DNA from: Eledone cirrhosa
Lineage: Eukaryota
NCBI GenBank assembly: GCA_964016885.1
Contig: OZ024758.1
Span: 30,194,001-30,258,000, forward strand
DNA length: 64,000 bases
Reading direction: 5' to 3'
Positions within the stretch are counted from its first letter, which is position 1; each line of letters opens with the position of its first letter. The notes under the pieces were generated by a model. The model was not told where the DNA came from, searched no databases, and saw nothing but the letters and a program-made list of their open reading frames with translations. Below are positions 1 to 12,297 of this stretch, in pieces. The position numbers were made by a program, and so were the translations under genes.

Positions 1-375
1 TGTATATCTGTATGTATGTGTATGTATCTGTATGTATATGTATGTGTGTATGTGTATGTATCTATATGTGTGTGTGTGTATATCTGTATGTATGTGTGTG
101 TATGTATGTATGTGTGTGTATGTGTGTGTGTGTGTGTATCTGTATCTGTGTGTGTGTGTGTATCTGGATCTGTGTGTGTGTGTATGTATGTGTGTGTGTG
201 TGTGTGTGTATATATATGTGTGTGTCTGTGTGTATGTGTGTGTGTGTATGTGTATGTGTGTGTGTATATATGTGTGTGTATGTGTATGTGTGTGTGTGTG
301 TGTGTATATATATATGTGTGTCTGTGTGTATGTGTATGTGTGTGTGTGTGTATATATCTGTGTGTGTGTGTGTGT

Positions 376-407
<32 letters not shown>

Positions 408-430
408 GTGTGTGTATGTGTGTGTGTATA
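1..430. repeat. Compound (TG/TA)n microsatellite
   Basis: Directly visible. Confidence 0.97.
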
Positions 431-480
431 TTAATGTGGACATAAAACAATTCATAACAACAACAACAATATCTTGTGTT

Positions 481-700
481 TATGTTTTCTGATTTAGGCA
501 CAAGGCCAGCAATTTTGGGGGAGGGGAAAGTTGATTAAATTGACCTCAGTGCATTACTGGTACTTTACTTTATCAAGCCCGTAAGGATGACAGGCAAAGC
601 TAACCTTGGTGGGATTTGAACTAAGAGCATAAGGGCCGTAACTCTATGCCACAAAACATCGTCCAATGCTCTACCGATTCTGCCAATCCACCACCCTTAT
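481..700 (-). mobile_element. tRNA-derived SINE family A (GCCTTTCATCCTTACGGGGTCGATAAAATAAAGTACCAG core)
   Basis: A-box-like TGGCAGAATCGG, B-box GTTCAAATCC and a core shared with many other copies in the window. Confidence 0.8.
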
Positions 701-799
701 AATAATTGTTTCTACTTTTGGCACAAGGCCAGCAATTACTCAGTACGTTACTGGTACTTTATTTTATCGACCCCGTAAGGATGAAAGGCAAAATAATAA

Positions 800-1760
800 C
801 TAGCAGAATGGCCCGGCGTTGCTCGGGATTTGCTCTAGGGTTCTTATATATTTGATATATATTTATCCTTATCGAGCCTTGTGAAGTAAATACGTTTGTT
901 TATATTTTGTTATTGTGTATGCAAAAATATCTGTACACGAATATATAATTATATATATATATATATATATATATGAAAAAATGGGGAGAAGAATACTGCT
1001 GGTTGCACATGGATAACATGTAATAAAATAAGTCCCTCATCAGTGATTTGCCGACGATCATAGATATTTCATTGCATTAAAAATCATGTACCTCACGTCG
1101 GTGCAATAATAACTAAATTAAGTTATTAGGACAATTAAAACGCGTAAAGCGAGTGAAACAAGATAACAACAAAGAGGATAGCTAACCGTAGAAGGAAGGG
1201 AACAAGCTTCATAGTTATTCTGTTAGCATAAGCTAGGTGAATATATGAGCGCTTAGAAAAAAGACCTTTCAGGAGCGAATTCAAATGTGAGAAAGAGAGA
1301 AAATGATTTCGTCGCGAACGGGGTGAAGTGAGAAGAGGAGAAACAGTGAGTGAGTGAGTGGAAGTGTGAGGAAGAGTTAACTGACATGACAGAGGGGGCG
1401 AAAGAAAGTAGGAGAAACAGAGAGAGCGAGGGAGCGGTAAGAGAGAGAGAGAGAGAGAGAGAGAAAAAAACAGCATCGCAGTAGGTAAATATATGTGAAA
1501 AAATGGGGAGAAGAATACTGCTGGTTGCACATGGATAACATGTAATAAAATAAGTCCCTCATCAGTGATTTGCCGACGATCATAGATATTTCATTGCATT
1601 AAAAATCATATACCTCACGTCGGTGCAATATATATATATATATAAATAACAGATTAAAGTTTAAGCAAAGAATCGCTGCGTTCACCCTTAACGGGATCTT
1701 CTGAAACTAAAAAATCAATCTGTGAACGCAGAAGTAAATATTTAAAAAAACATTACACAC

Positions 1761-1814
<54 letters not shown>

Positions 1815-2135
1815 TACACACACACTATATATACATATATACACACACACAGATAGCGACGTCATAATGTCGTAATGCAGACAGCCAGGTATTATAAGGG
1901 CGCAACGTTATATCTATGTATCTATCTAAAAAGAAAGACTAAGAATTATAGAGAGAGATCGCTAAATCGACTAATGCGGTCCCTAGGGTATTGAAAATTT
2001 GAAATATTCTTTGCTCAAAACACTCACAGGACCATAAGTATTACATGTGTAAAGTTTGAAAACAATCAGTTGGGTGTTTCTCGAGTTTTAGGGAGCTGAC
2101 AGACAGACAGACATTCTCTGTTTTAGATATATAGA
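800..2135 (-). mobile_element. Non-autonomous Helitron, family 1
   Basis: Minus strand begins TCTATATATC..(TGTC)n and ends with hairpin CCCGAGCAACGCCGGG plus CTAG; inserted between A and T; second copy at 10578. Confidence 0.82.
974..1630. mobile_element. Unclassified element with ~135 bp direct terminal repeats, nested in the Helitron's (TA)n tract
   Basis: 974-1108 is nearly identical to 1497-1630; the segment is absent from the second Helitron copy. Confidence 0.6.
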
Positions 2136-2270
2136 TAATAATATCATCATCAGCAGCAGCAGCATTATTTTATTGTTATTAAAAAATATAATTCTATTAC
2201 AATTGACTAAGTTTTGTATTTTTGTAACTGAAGTTGAAAAACATGAGAATCATAGAATAAAGAGGGAAAC

Positions 2271-3563
2271 TGTGTCAGTGTGTGTGTCTGTGTGTGTCAG
2301 TGTATGTCAGTGTGTGTGTGTATGTCAGTGTGTGTGTGTCAGTGTGTGTGTGTCTGTGTGTCAGTGTATGTCAGTGTGTGTGTGTATGTCAGTGTGTGTG
2401 TGTATGTCAGTGTCTGTGTGTCAGTGTATGTCTGTGTGCGTGTATGTCTGTGTGTCAGTGTATGTCAGTGTGTGTGTGTATGTCAGTGTCTGTGTGTCAG
2501 TGTGTGTCAGTGTGTGTGAGGTGGGGATGGGTGAACAATATTATTTTGTTTATGCAATCAGGGGATTCTGAGTTCAGTTTTTCTGTATAAATAGTCTTAT
2601 CAAGCCATCTTGTATCATCATCACCATCATCATCACCATCATCATCACCATCATCATCATCACTATAATTATCATCACCATCACCATTTTCTTTTTCATC
2701 ACCATCATCATCATCACCATCATCATCACCACCACCATCATCACCATCATCACCATCATCATCACCATCACCACCACCATCATCACCACCATCACCACCA
2801 TCATCACAATCACCCCCCCCCCTTCATATGTAACCAAACATCTGTTTTACTTGTTCTCTTTTTTACACTTGTTCCCATCTGTTCAAATTGGAGCTGATCA
2901 CACACATACACACACATACATACATGTGTGTATGTGTGTGTGTGTATCTATGTGTGTGTATACACACATAGATACACACACACACATACACACACATAGA
3001 CACACACATACATAGAGACACACACATAGACACACATACATAGAGACACACACACACACACATACATAGAGACACACACACACATAGATACACACATAGA
3101 CACACACATACATAGAGACACACACACATAGACACACAGACACACATACATAGAGACACACATACATAGAGACACACACACACACATAGATACACATATA
3201 CACACACATACATAGAGACACACACACTCATTGATACACACATACACACACATACATAGAGACACACACACACAGACACACACATATATACATAGACACA
3301 CACATACATAGAGACACACATACATAGAGACACACACACACATAGATACACACATAGACACATACATAGATACATAGAGACACACACACACACAGACACA
3401 CACATAGACACACACATACACACATAGACACACGTACATACATAGACACACGTACATACATAGACACACACACATACAAGGACACACACACACATAGACA
3501 CACACATACATGGACACACACACATACATAGACACACATACATACATAGACACACACAGACAC
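2271..3563. repeat. Cluster of microsatellites: TG-rich (2271-2520), CAT/CAC (2615-2812), CA-rich (2898-3563)
   Basis: Directly visible. Confidence 0.95.
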
Positions 3564-3744
3564 ATTAATGAAACTACAACACTTTAAAATATAGACAGAG
3601 AAATGCACTACAAGTAGCCACGTAAATATAAGTGTGGAGAAGTGTCGCAGTGGGCCAGGCAACCTCTGTAGTCCTTGTAATAAAATGAATCCAGTACACT
3701 TTATAAAGCTGTTGACAATGGAGACATCATTGAGTAGAGAGGCT

Positions 3745-4162
3745 CTTTTGGAATAACCTCTGGAATGATGGCTCTTGGAATAACAACCTCTGGAATAACA
3801 ATCTCTCTAATGATGGCTCTTTTGGAATAACAATCTCTCTAATGATGGCTCTTTTGGAATAACAACCTCTCTAATGATGGCTCCTTTGGAATAACAACCT
3901 CTGGAATAACAATTTCTCTAATGATGGCTCTTTTGGAATAACAATCTCTCTAATGATGGCTCTTTTGGAATAACAACCTCTCTAATGATGGCTCCTTTGG
4001 AATAACAACCTCTGGAATAACAATTTCTCTAATGATGGCTCTTTTGGAATAACAATCTCTCTAATGATGGCTCTTTTGGAATAACAACCTCTGGAATAAC
4101 AATCTCTCTAATGATGGCTCTTTTGGAATAACAACCTCTGGAATAACAATCTCTCTAATGAT
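3745..4162. repeat. Minisatellite of variable ~32/47 bp units (TCTCTAATGATGGCTCTTTTGGAATAACAA with or without CCTCTGGAATAACAA)
   Basis: Tandem units visible. Confidence 0.9.
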
Positions 4163-5229
4163 AAAATGTACCCAGTACAGTCTGTAAAGCGGTTGGTGTT
4201 AGGAATGGTTATCCTGTTATAGAAAGTATGCTTATAATTGTAATATATGAGTGTGACATGATTTTACAAACGATTGAGGAGAGTAGTAACTCTAAATACG
4301 AACTAACTTGGTCCTTGATGACCTGTCTAACACATGCCAGCATGAAAGGTGGGTGTAGAGTGAGGACAACAGTGATGGTGATCCCACACACACACACACC
4401 ACACACACACCACACATACACCACAAACATACACAGGCACACACATGTTGATAAAACTGTCAACTGGCAAGGTACTCAACATCCAACAAAAATACAATTG
4501 GTCAAGATGTGGAATCTCTATTGTTGAAAACAATAAAACATTATAAAGATGCAGTATTGAAGTGTTTGTTAGATTTGAAATTCTTAGGTGTAGGAATCTC
4601 AAATACAGAACATAACTGTAGCTATAGTTGATTGCTATAAATAATAGATTAAAAAAATTGTGTAAAGTACCACTTTTTCCATCTATAGAGGTATTTACCT
4701 GATTTTCTAAGCTATTGATTATAGCAATCAACTGTGGCTACAATTATTTATTGCATTTGGGATTCCTACATCTTCTAAGAATTTCAAATCTAACAAAATC
4801 CTGCAATACTTCATATTTATGTTTTATTGTTTTCAACACTAAAGATTCCAAATCTGAAAACAATTCTCTTTTTTTTTTCCCCAAAATATTTCAAAATCCT
4901 GTATTTGTTATTTGTCTCAATTGTTTTGTGACATTTCAAAATGGTTATTATTTAAAATATTAGATTTCCAAAAATTATTGAGCTACGTATGTGAAATTGC
5001 AGTGACCTGTTGTTTTGTTCCATGTTATTGAATGATATTGGTCCTGAAGCAATCAAAACTGTCTTGATATTTGACATTCAGATAAAGTTATCACCAATGA
5101 GAGTGAGAGAGAGAGAGTGAGTGAGTGAGTGAGTGAGTGAGTATCGGGAAAATGATGTTAATAAAATTAAAATGATACATACAGATATATAAAAGGAAAA
5201 CAAAAATTACTATTAAATCCTTCACATAC

Positions 5230-6500
5230 ACACGTACACCAGGTCTGAACATAGTGGAACCAAACTCCCACTGTCACCACTTCTGTCTTTCTCGCTCTCT
5301 CATCTCTCATTGGCAAATGGGGGCCCATGCATTGGCCTCCCCGCAGCCCTGGCGAACAGAATAGAAAAGGCATTTCCCCAGAGAATGGTGAGAGACACAA
5401 TGGAAGAGCCATTCCAGCTCACAAGGCTCATACCTATGGGTAGCCAACTCTGTGTTGATGGTGCTGAGTAGGGAGGTGGCCCCAGGGGCCAAGGACATCA
5501 GAAGTCTCCACTGCTACGGGGTGTTGATGGTGGTAAGTAGGGAGGTGGCCCCAGGGGCCAATGACATCAGAAGTCTACACTTCTACGGGGTGTTGATGGT
5601 GGTAAGTAGGGAGGTGGCCCCAGGGGCCAAGGACATCAGAAGTCTCCACTGCTACGGGGTGTTGATGGTGGTAAGTAGGGAGGTGGCCCCAGGGGCCAAG
5701 GACATCAGAAGTCTCCACTTCTACGGGGTGTTGATGGTGGTAAGTAGGGAGGTGGCCCCAGGGGCCAAGGACATCAGAAGTCTCCACTGCTACGGGGTGT
5801 TGATGGTGGTAAGTAGGGAGGTGGCCCCAGGGGCCAAGGACATCAGAAGTCTCCACTTCTACGGGGTGTTGATGGTGGTAAGTAGGGAGGTGGCCCCAGG
5901 GGCCAAGGACATCAGAAGTCTCCACCGCTACGGGGTGTTGATGGTGGTAAGTAGGGAGGTGGCCCCAGGGGCCAAGGACATCAGAAGTCTACACTTCTAC
6001 GGGGTGTTGATGGTGGTGAGTAGGGCGGTGGTCCTAGGGGCCAAGGACATCAGAAGTCTACACTTCTACGGGGTGTTGATGGTGGTGAGTAGGGAGGTGG
6101 CCCCAGGGGCCAAGGACATCAGAGGTCTCCACTGCTACGGGGTGTTGATGGTGGTGAGTAGGGCGGTGGTCCTAGGGGCCAAGGACATCAGAAGTCTACA
6201 CTTCTACGGGGTGTTGATGGTGGTAAGTAGGGAGGTGGCCCTAGGGGCCAAGGACATCAGAAGTCTACACTTCTATGGGGTGTTGATGGTGGTGAGTAGG
6301 GAGGTGGCCCCAGGGCCAAGGACATCAGAAGTCTCCACTGCTACGGGTTCAACCACAAACCTGTTGGAGAGCAACCGATATTTAGTGACTTTACCCTTCT
6401 CAGGCTGAAGTGCAGCAGAGCCTGTGTTAGTCGCAGACTGCACCAGGCTGCTGCTGGAGAATGTATAACTGCATGTGGCATCCCAGACGAGGGGTTTATC
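5230..6500 (-). mobile_element. 3' fragment of a CRE-like (RLE endonuclease) non-LTR retrotransposon, interrupted by a minisatellite
   Basis: Minus translation LVWDATC..TF..GSAA..EK.K..KY..L..F..PVAVETS.VLGPGA..LL...EP.ELEWLF matches the C-terminal restriction-like endonuclease region of CRE-type elements. Confidence 0.7.
5452..6347. repeat. 69 bp minisatellite, ~13 units
   Basis: Unit GTGTTGATGGTGGTAAGTAGGGAGGTGGCCCCAGGGGCCAAGGACATCAGAAGTCTCCACTGCTACGGG. Confidence 0.97.
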
Positions 6501-7925
6501 CCCAATTACAACATATTTTAAAACCATATTACTGATAATTATCCTCAATAATCTGTAGTTTTTATTTATCTTTTTGATTTATTTATGTTGTAAGGCAAAA
6601 GCGTAGCCTCACCTAACTCGCAGGTCCTCTCCTTTTGTTGATTTTTGTCTAGATGGGATATATCCGTGAGATCCCTACCCACCTAACCTCTGGCCAGAAA
6701 TCTAGTACTCAAACAGTAACCATGTCTGATTAAGACAACAGTGAAAGAGACCCACACAAGTCGTCTTTCTGCTTATGTAACATCACTGAACACTATACTT
6801 CCTTCAAGACCCCAACTCCACAATCTATTAATTATTTTTTAAGCTATTTCAATTAATTTATTTATCTTTAAAAAGATGTTTCCATTTATGTAATCAGTAT
6901 GTTTGGAAAGATACCTTGCTACCCAATCCCTCCAGGAAAGGGCCACAATCCATCTCCACTTTGTGAGATCTTGAGCAAGTTTTGGAACTTGGTACCAGTT
7001 GGTCCTTCTTTTTGGCAGGTCTTCTTTCATAGTTGCACATCAAATGGTTATTGGTCAACCTCTAAGTCTCTTGCCTCCAGGTGCCATCTAGGGTAACTAA
7101 CAGGGAGGTACGCATGTACACACACAAACCACCACCACCACCGCCACCACAACCACCCCCACCCCCACAACCCCCACCACCACCACCACCACAACCACCA
7201 CAACCACCACCGCCACCACCACCACCACCACTACTACTACTACTACTAATTTAACTATTTCAACAGAAAAGTTAGTAGAGCTGTAGTGTCATCTGAAAGT
7301 GTTAAATATTATTAATAAAAAAAGAAGTAAGAAATAATTAATAGTAATTGTAACAGTTTTGAGAATGAAGTCTGTTTTGTCATGACATGTGAGAAGTTTG
7401 TTAATTATACTGGTAATTATAATAATTAGTACATAGCTAATGGTGTAGGAAAAGTGGTAGGATGTGAGGACTAAATCTTTTAGTTTTGTACCGAGTCACA
7501 ATTCCATTCTCAAACACTACAGGGGTCAATATATGATATCTGTTGTTGGGAGGGTCATATACCCATCTGGGGTCAGTAGTGTAAATACCAATAATTGTTT
7601 CTACTTTTGGCACAAGGCCAACAATTACCCCAGTGCATTACTGGTACTTTATTTTATCGACCCCCGTAAGGATGAAAGGCAAAGTTAACCTCGGTGGGAT
7701 TTGAACTCAGAACGCAAAGGGCCGTAACTCTATTCTAAAAAACATGGTGTCTGACCCTCACTGATACTGCCAATTCACAAATAATATACTGATAGTTGAT
7801 TCAATTGACTATAAAGACCTTTCCTTCAAATTATTTGTTGATTAAGTCTATAATTATTAAACCAATCCTGTTTAACTGTTTTCTAATAAATACTCATCCA
7901 AGTATCAGTTTGTTATAAAAATAAT

Positions 7926-9035
7926 TGTTTCTTCTTTAGGCACAAGGCCACCAATTACCCAGTTCATTACTGGTACTTTATTTTATCGACCCCGTAAGGA
8001 TGAAAGGCAAAGTCAACATCGGTGGGATTTGAACTCAGATTGTAAAGGGACGTAACTATGCTGGAAAGCATGGCGTCCGACCCTCTCCCGATACTGCCAA
8101 TCCACCACCCTAACATGGCGTCCAACCCTCTCCCGATACTGCCAATCCACCACCCTAACATGGCGTCCGACCCTCTCCCGATACTGCCAATCCACCACCC
8201 TAGCATGGCGTCCGACCCTCTCCCGATACTGCCAATCCACCACCCTAACATGGCGTCCGACCCTCTCCCGATACTGCCAATCCACCACCCTAACATGGCG
8301 TCCGACCCTCTACCGATACTGCCAATCCACCACCCTAACATAGCGTCCGACCCTCTCCCGATACTGCCAATCCACCACCCTAACATGGCGTGTCAGACCC
8401 TCTACCGATACTGCCAATCCACCACCCTAGCATGGCGTCCGACCCTCTCCCGATACTGCCAATCCACCACCCTAACATGGCGTCCGACCCTCTACCGATA
8501 CTGCCAATCCACCACCCTAACATAGCGTCCGACCCTCTCCCGATACTGCCAATCCACCACCCTAACATGGCGTCCGACCCTCTACCGATACTGCCAATCC
8601 ACCACCCTAACATAGCGTCCGACCCTCTCCCGATACTGCCAATCCACCACCCTAACATGGCGTGTCAGACCCTCTACCGATACTGCCAATCCACCACCCT
8701 AGCATGGCGTCCGACCCTCTCCCGATACTGCCAATCCACCACCCTAACATGGCGTCCGACCCTCTACCGATACTGCCAATCCACCACCCTAACATAGCGT
8801 CCGACCCTCTCCCGATACTGCCAATCCACCGCCCTAACATGGCGTCCGACCCTCTCCCGATACTGCCAATCCACTACCCTAACATAGCGTCCGACCCTCT
8901 CCCGATACTGCCAATCCACCACCCTAACATAGCGTCCGACCCTCTCCCGATACTGCCAATCCACCACCCTAGCATGGCGTCCGACCCTCTACCGATACTG
9001 CCAATCCACCACCCTAGCATGGTGTCCGACCCTCT
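7926..9035 (-). mobile_element. SINE A with tandemly amplified 5' head, 19 bp TSD
   Basis: TSD AGTTTGTTATAAAAATAAT at 7907-7925 and 9036-9054. Confidence 0.88.
8069..9035. repeat. 45 bp minisatellite (~21.5 units) equal to the SINE A head
   Basis: Unit CATGGCGTCCGACCCTCTCCCGATACTGCCAATCCACCACCCTAA. Confidence 0.97.
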
Positions 9036-9129
9036 AGTTTGTTATAAAAATAATGAAGAAATTTTTAAAAGACTTATTAATTAATATAACATTTTTTGTT
9101 ATTAGGCAAGTGTAAAAGGCGAAGGATTT

Positions 9130-9558
9130 AGGGCGGTGGATTGATAGTATTGGTAGAGCGTTGAACAACATGCTTTGTGGTATAGAGTTATGGCCCTTTA
9201 TGTTCTGAGTTTAAATCCCATCGAGGTTAACTTTGCCTTTCATCCTTACGGAGTCGATAAATAAAGCACCAGTAATGTACTGGAGTCAATTTGGTTGACT
9301 TTCCTCTCCCCCCAAAATTACTTGCCTTGTGCTTAAATCCGAAATCGTTATTAGGCAAGTATAGCGCAGTATCAGTAGAGTATTGGGCAATGTTTTGCAA
9401 TATATAGTTACGTCCCTTTATGTTCTGAGTTCAAATCCCACCGAGGTTAACTTTGCCTTTCATCCTTACGGGATCGCACCTGTAACTTACTGTAGTTGAT
9501 TTAACTGTCTTTCTCTGCTGCCAGAATTGTCACCTTGTGCCTAAATCAGAAAACGTTG
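9130..9558 (+). mobile_element. Two tandem SINE A copies
   Basis: Head, B-box and core repeated twice. Confidence 0.78.
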
Positions 9559-10577
9559 TTGGGCTAGTGTTTAAACCATAACAATATAAGTGCTTATATA
9601 AAATTAACAATGAAGATTTTTAATTTCAATATGAACATTTTATGAAACAAAAGGTTTTCAATCACAAGACCAGTGGACGACCAAGGTATTATCCATCCAG
9701 TCAAGCATTCCTATCTCTACACATCCACCCATTTCCTTTTGGCTTCTTAGTGAATTTGCATGAAAAAACTCTTATGACTAACTTTATTGATGATCTCTTG
9801 CTCTGATTGATTGACAAGATCCCAGACCTCATTCGCTTGCCAGGTAGGGTGGACCTCGTCAAATTGGACCAAGAAAACAATTGGTCTTTCCATTGTTGAT
9901 ACTATCTACCAGGCACAACTCCTGGCAGAAAGAGCAATGTGAAATAAAGTGTCTTGCTCAAGGACACAACGCATCACTCAGTCCAAGAATTGAACTCACA
10001 ACCTCACAATTGTGAATCCAATTCTCTAACCACTAAGCCAGAAATGATGTATAATATTTTTCTGCTTGTTCCACAATATATATTTGAGTGTTGTTAAGCT
10101 TTTGACAAGCTTAATGAAATCAAAGACATAATTGAAATTTTTAATATAATAAAATGTTTAGATGTTATGCTTTCAACAACCATAACTATGATGTAATGTT
10201 GAAGATAATTGAAATCTTTAACATAATGAAACAAATTTATGGAAATCTATAGATTTATTCATCAGCAGGTCTTGCTGGCTGTTCTCTGCTGCAATCCTTT
10301 TGCCATTTTGTCTTTGGGGTGCAGCTGAGATATACTGCCTAGACTAAGGTGTAGAGTCTGCTGCGCTCTTGTCCTCTCCTTACTTTCATTTTTTTTTTTT
10401 TTTCTTGCATACATTATATATAGGGTGAGTTTTTGCAAGGTTCACAGATAACTTCTTGAACATCTACTTCAAAATGTCTTGAGGAATAGGGTCAGCTTTT
10501 CAAACTCTTACTTTAAGTATATATTTTAACTACTTTTGTTTGATGTATTTATGATTTTCTACTGTTTGACCAGAATG

Positions 10578-10715
10578 TTAGTAAATGGCCCAGCATTGCT
10601 CGGGATTTGCTCTAGGGCTCTTATATATTTGATATATATTTATCCTTATCGAACCTCGTGAAATAAATACGTTTGTTCATATTTTGTTATTGGGTATGCA
10701 AAATTATCTGTACAC

Positions 10716-10751
<36 letters not shown>

Positions 10752-11544
10752 AGGCACATGGCTTAGCGGTTAGAGCATTGGCCTTGCAATCGAAAGGTTG
10801 TGAGTTCAATTCTCAGACCGGGTGATGTGTTGTTTCCTTGAGCAAGACACTTTATTTCACATTGCTCCAGTTTACTCAGCTGTAGAAATGAGATGATAGG
10901 GACTGGGGTCCCTATCATTCCACTGTAAAGTGGTCGTGCAGGCGATACGGCAAAAAAAAGCACCCACCACTCACTGTAAATGAGGTTGGTGTTAGGAAGG
11001 GCATCCAGCTGTAGAAATCGAGCCAGAATCAGTTCCCGTCCCACCCTTGCAAGCAGGGAAAAGTGGATGTCAAATGATGATGATGATGATTTAACAGATT
11101 AAAGTTTAAGCAAAGAATCGCTGCTTTCACCCTTAACGGGATTTTCTGAAACTAAAATATCAATCTGTGAACGCAGAAGTAAATATTTCAAAAAACGTTA
11201 CACACTATATATATATATATATATATATTTATTCACACTATATATACATATATACACACACACACCGTGTCATAATGTCATAATGCAGACAGCCAGACAT
11301 ACAGACAGATATTATAAGGGTGCAACGTTATATCTATGTGTCTATCTAAAAAGAAAAACTAAGAATTATAGTTTATAGACTAATGCGGTCCCTAGTGCAT
11401 TAAAAATTTGAAATATTTTTTGCTCAAAACACTCACAGGACCATAAGTATTACATGTGTAAAGTTTGAAAACAATCAGTTGGGTGTTTCTCGAGTTTTAG
11501 GGAGCTGACAGACAGACAGACATTCTCTGTTTTAGATATATAGA
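10578..11544 (-). mobile_element. Helitron family 1, second copy, with nested SINE B
   Basis: Colinear with 800-2135. Confidence 0.8.
10749..11090 (+). mobile_element. tRNA-derived SINE family B (CORE-like domain, (ATG)n tail)
   Basis: TGGCTTAGCGG A-box, GAGTTCAATTC B-box, CCTTGAGCAAGACACTT core, tail GGAAGGGCATCCAGCTGTAGAAA...GATGATG. Confidence 0.85.
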
Positions 11545-11799
11545 TTATTTGGAATATAAATGTTTGACTGATTGGTTATTTATGACTCACCTTGTATTTT
11601 AATAGAAATTTCTTGAATAAAGTGCATCAAGATATAAATAAAAAAGACATAAAATGTACAACAATTCCCACAGGTCTCACTAATTTTGTGTAATGTTTGC
11701 AAATTTGAATCAGTTCATATTCCATGGAACCACAAGAGTACCAATGTTTTTCAGTTTGGCTCTTAACCCTTTAGCATTTACATTATTCTATATTTACTA

Positions 11800-12297
11800 C
11801 TAGCAGTGGTACCCGGCGTTGCACGGGATAAGGTATTTTAGAACGCGGGTCGCCAACAGACCTAATCGTGGAAAAACTGCATGCTTGGACAATATGTAAA
11901 GAAAATAAACCGAATACTCTGATGGCTGGATAATCTAAGATTTTCCTCGATGAAGTAGGAAAAATGAAGGTTTTCACCTAATGCGGGCCCTAGGGGATCA
12001 ATAAAATGAATTTTTTTTATGTGCATATTATGCCTTGAAATTTCGGGAAAATCAGCTAGACGTAACGCCTCGAAAAAGGAAAAGCTGAAAAAAATAAAAT
12101 TTTTCACCTAATGCAGGCCCTAGGCCATAAAAAAGTTGGATTTTCTTTGCTCACGGTATGAAGAAGGGACTGACTAATACATAGTTATAATTTCAAGGAA
12201 ATCGGTCTGACGTAACGCCCCAAAAAACCTATAGAAAGCTGGAAAAAAACGCAGTTTTTCACCTAATGTTAAAGATTATCCAGCCATCAGAGTATTC
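11800..12297 (-). mobile_element. Helitron family 2, 3' portion, inserted into a TTAA MITE end (11763-11799)
   Basis: CTAG terminus plus CCCGGCGTTGCACGGG hairpin; internal TTTTCACCTAATGCGGGCCCT subrepeats; same family at 17598. Confidence 0.75.

Noticed and set aside
2233-2271. Possible micro-exon [13 protein letters not shown] with a furin-like site
   Set aside because: Weak splice signals, runs into a microsatellite, and no partner exons found
10749-10830. tRNA genes at SINE heads
   Set aside because: A/B boxes are followed by SINE core and tail; no intact cloverleaf or acceptor stem
10763-11044. Recurrent ORF ...FLQLSKLEQCEIKCLAQGNNTSPG... as a multigene family
   Set aside because: Antisense translation of SINE B copies
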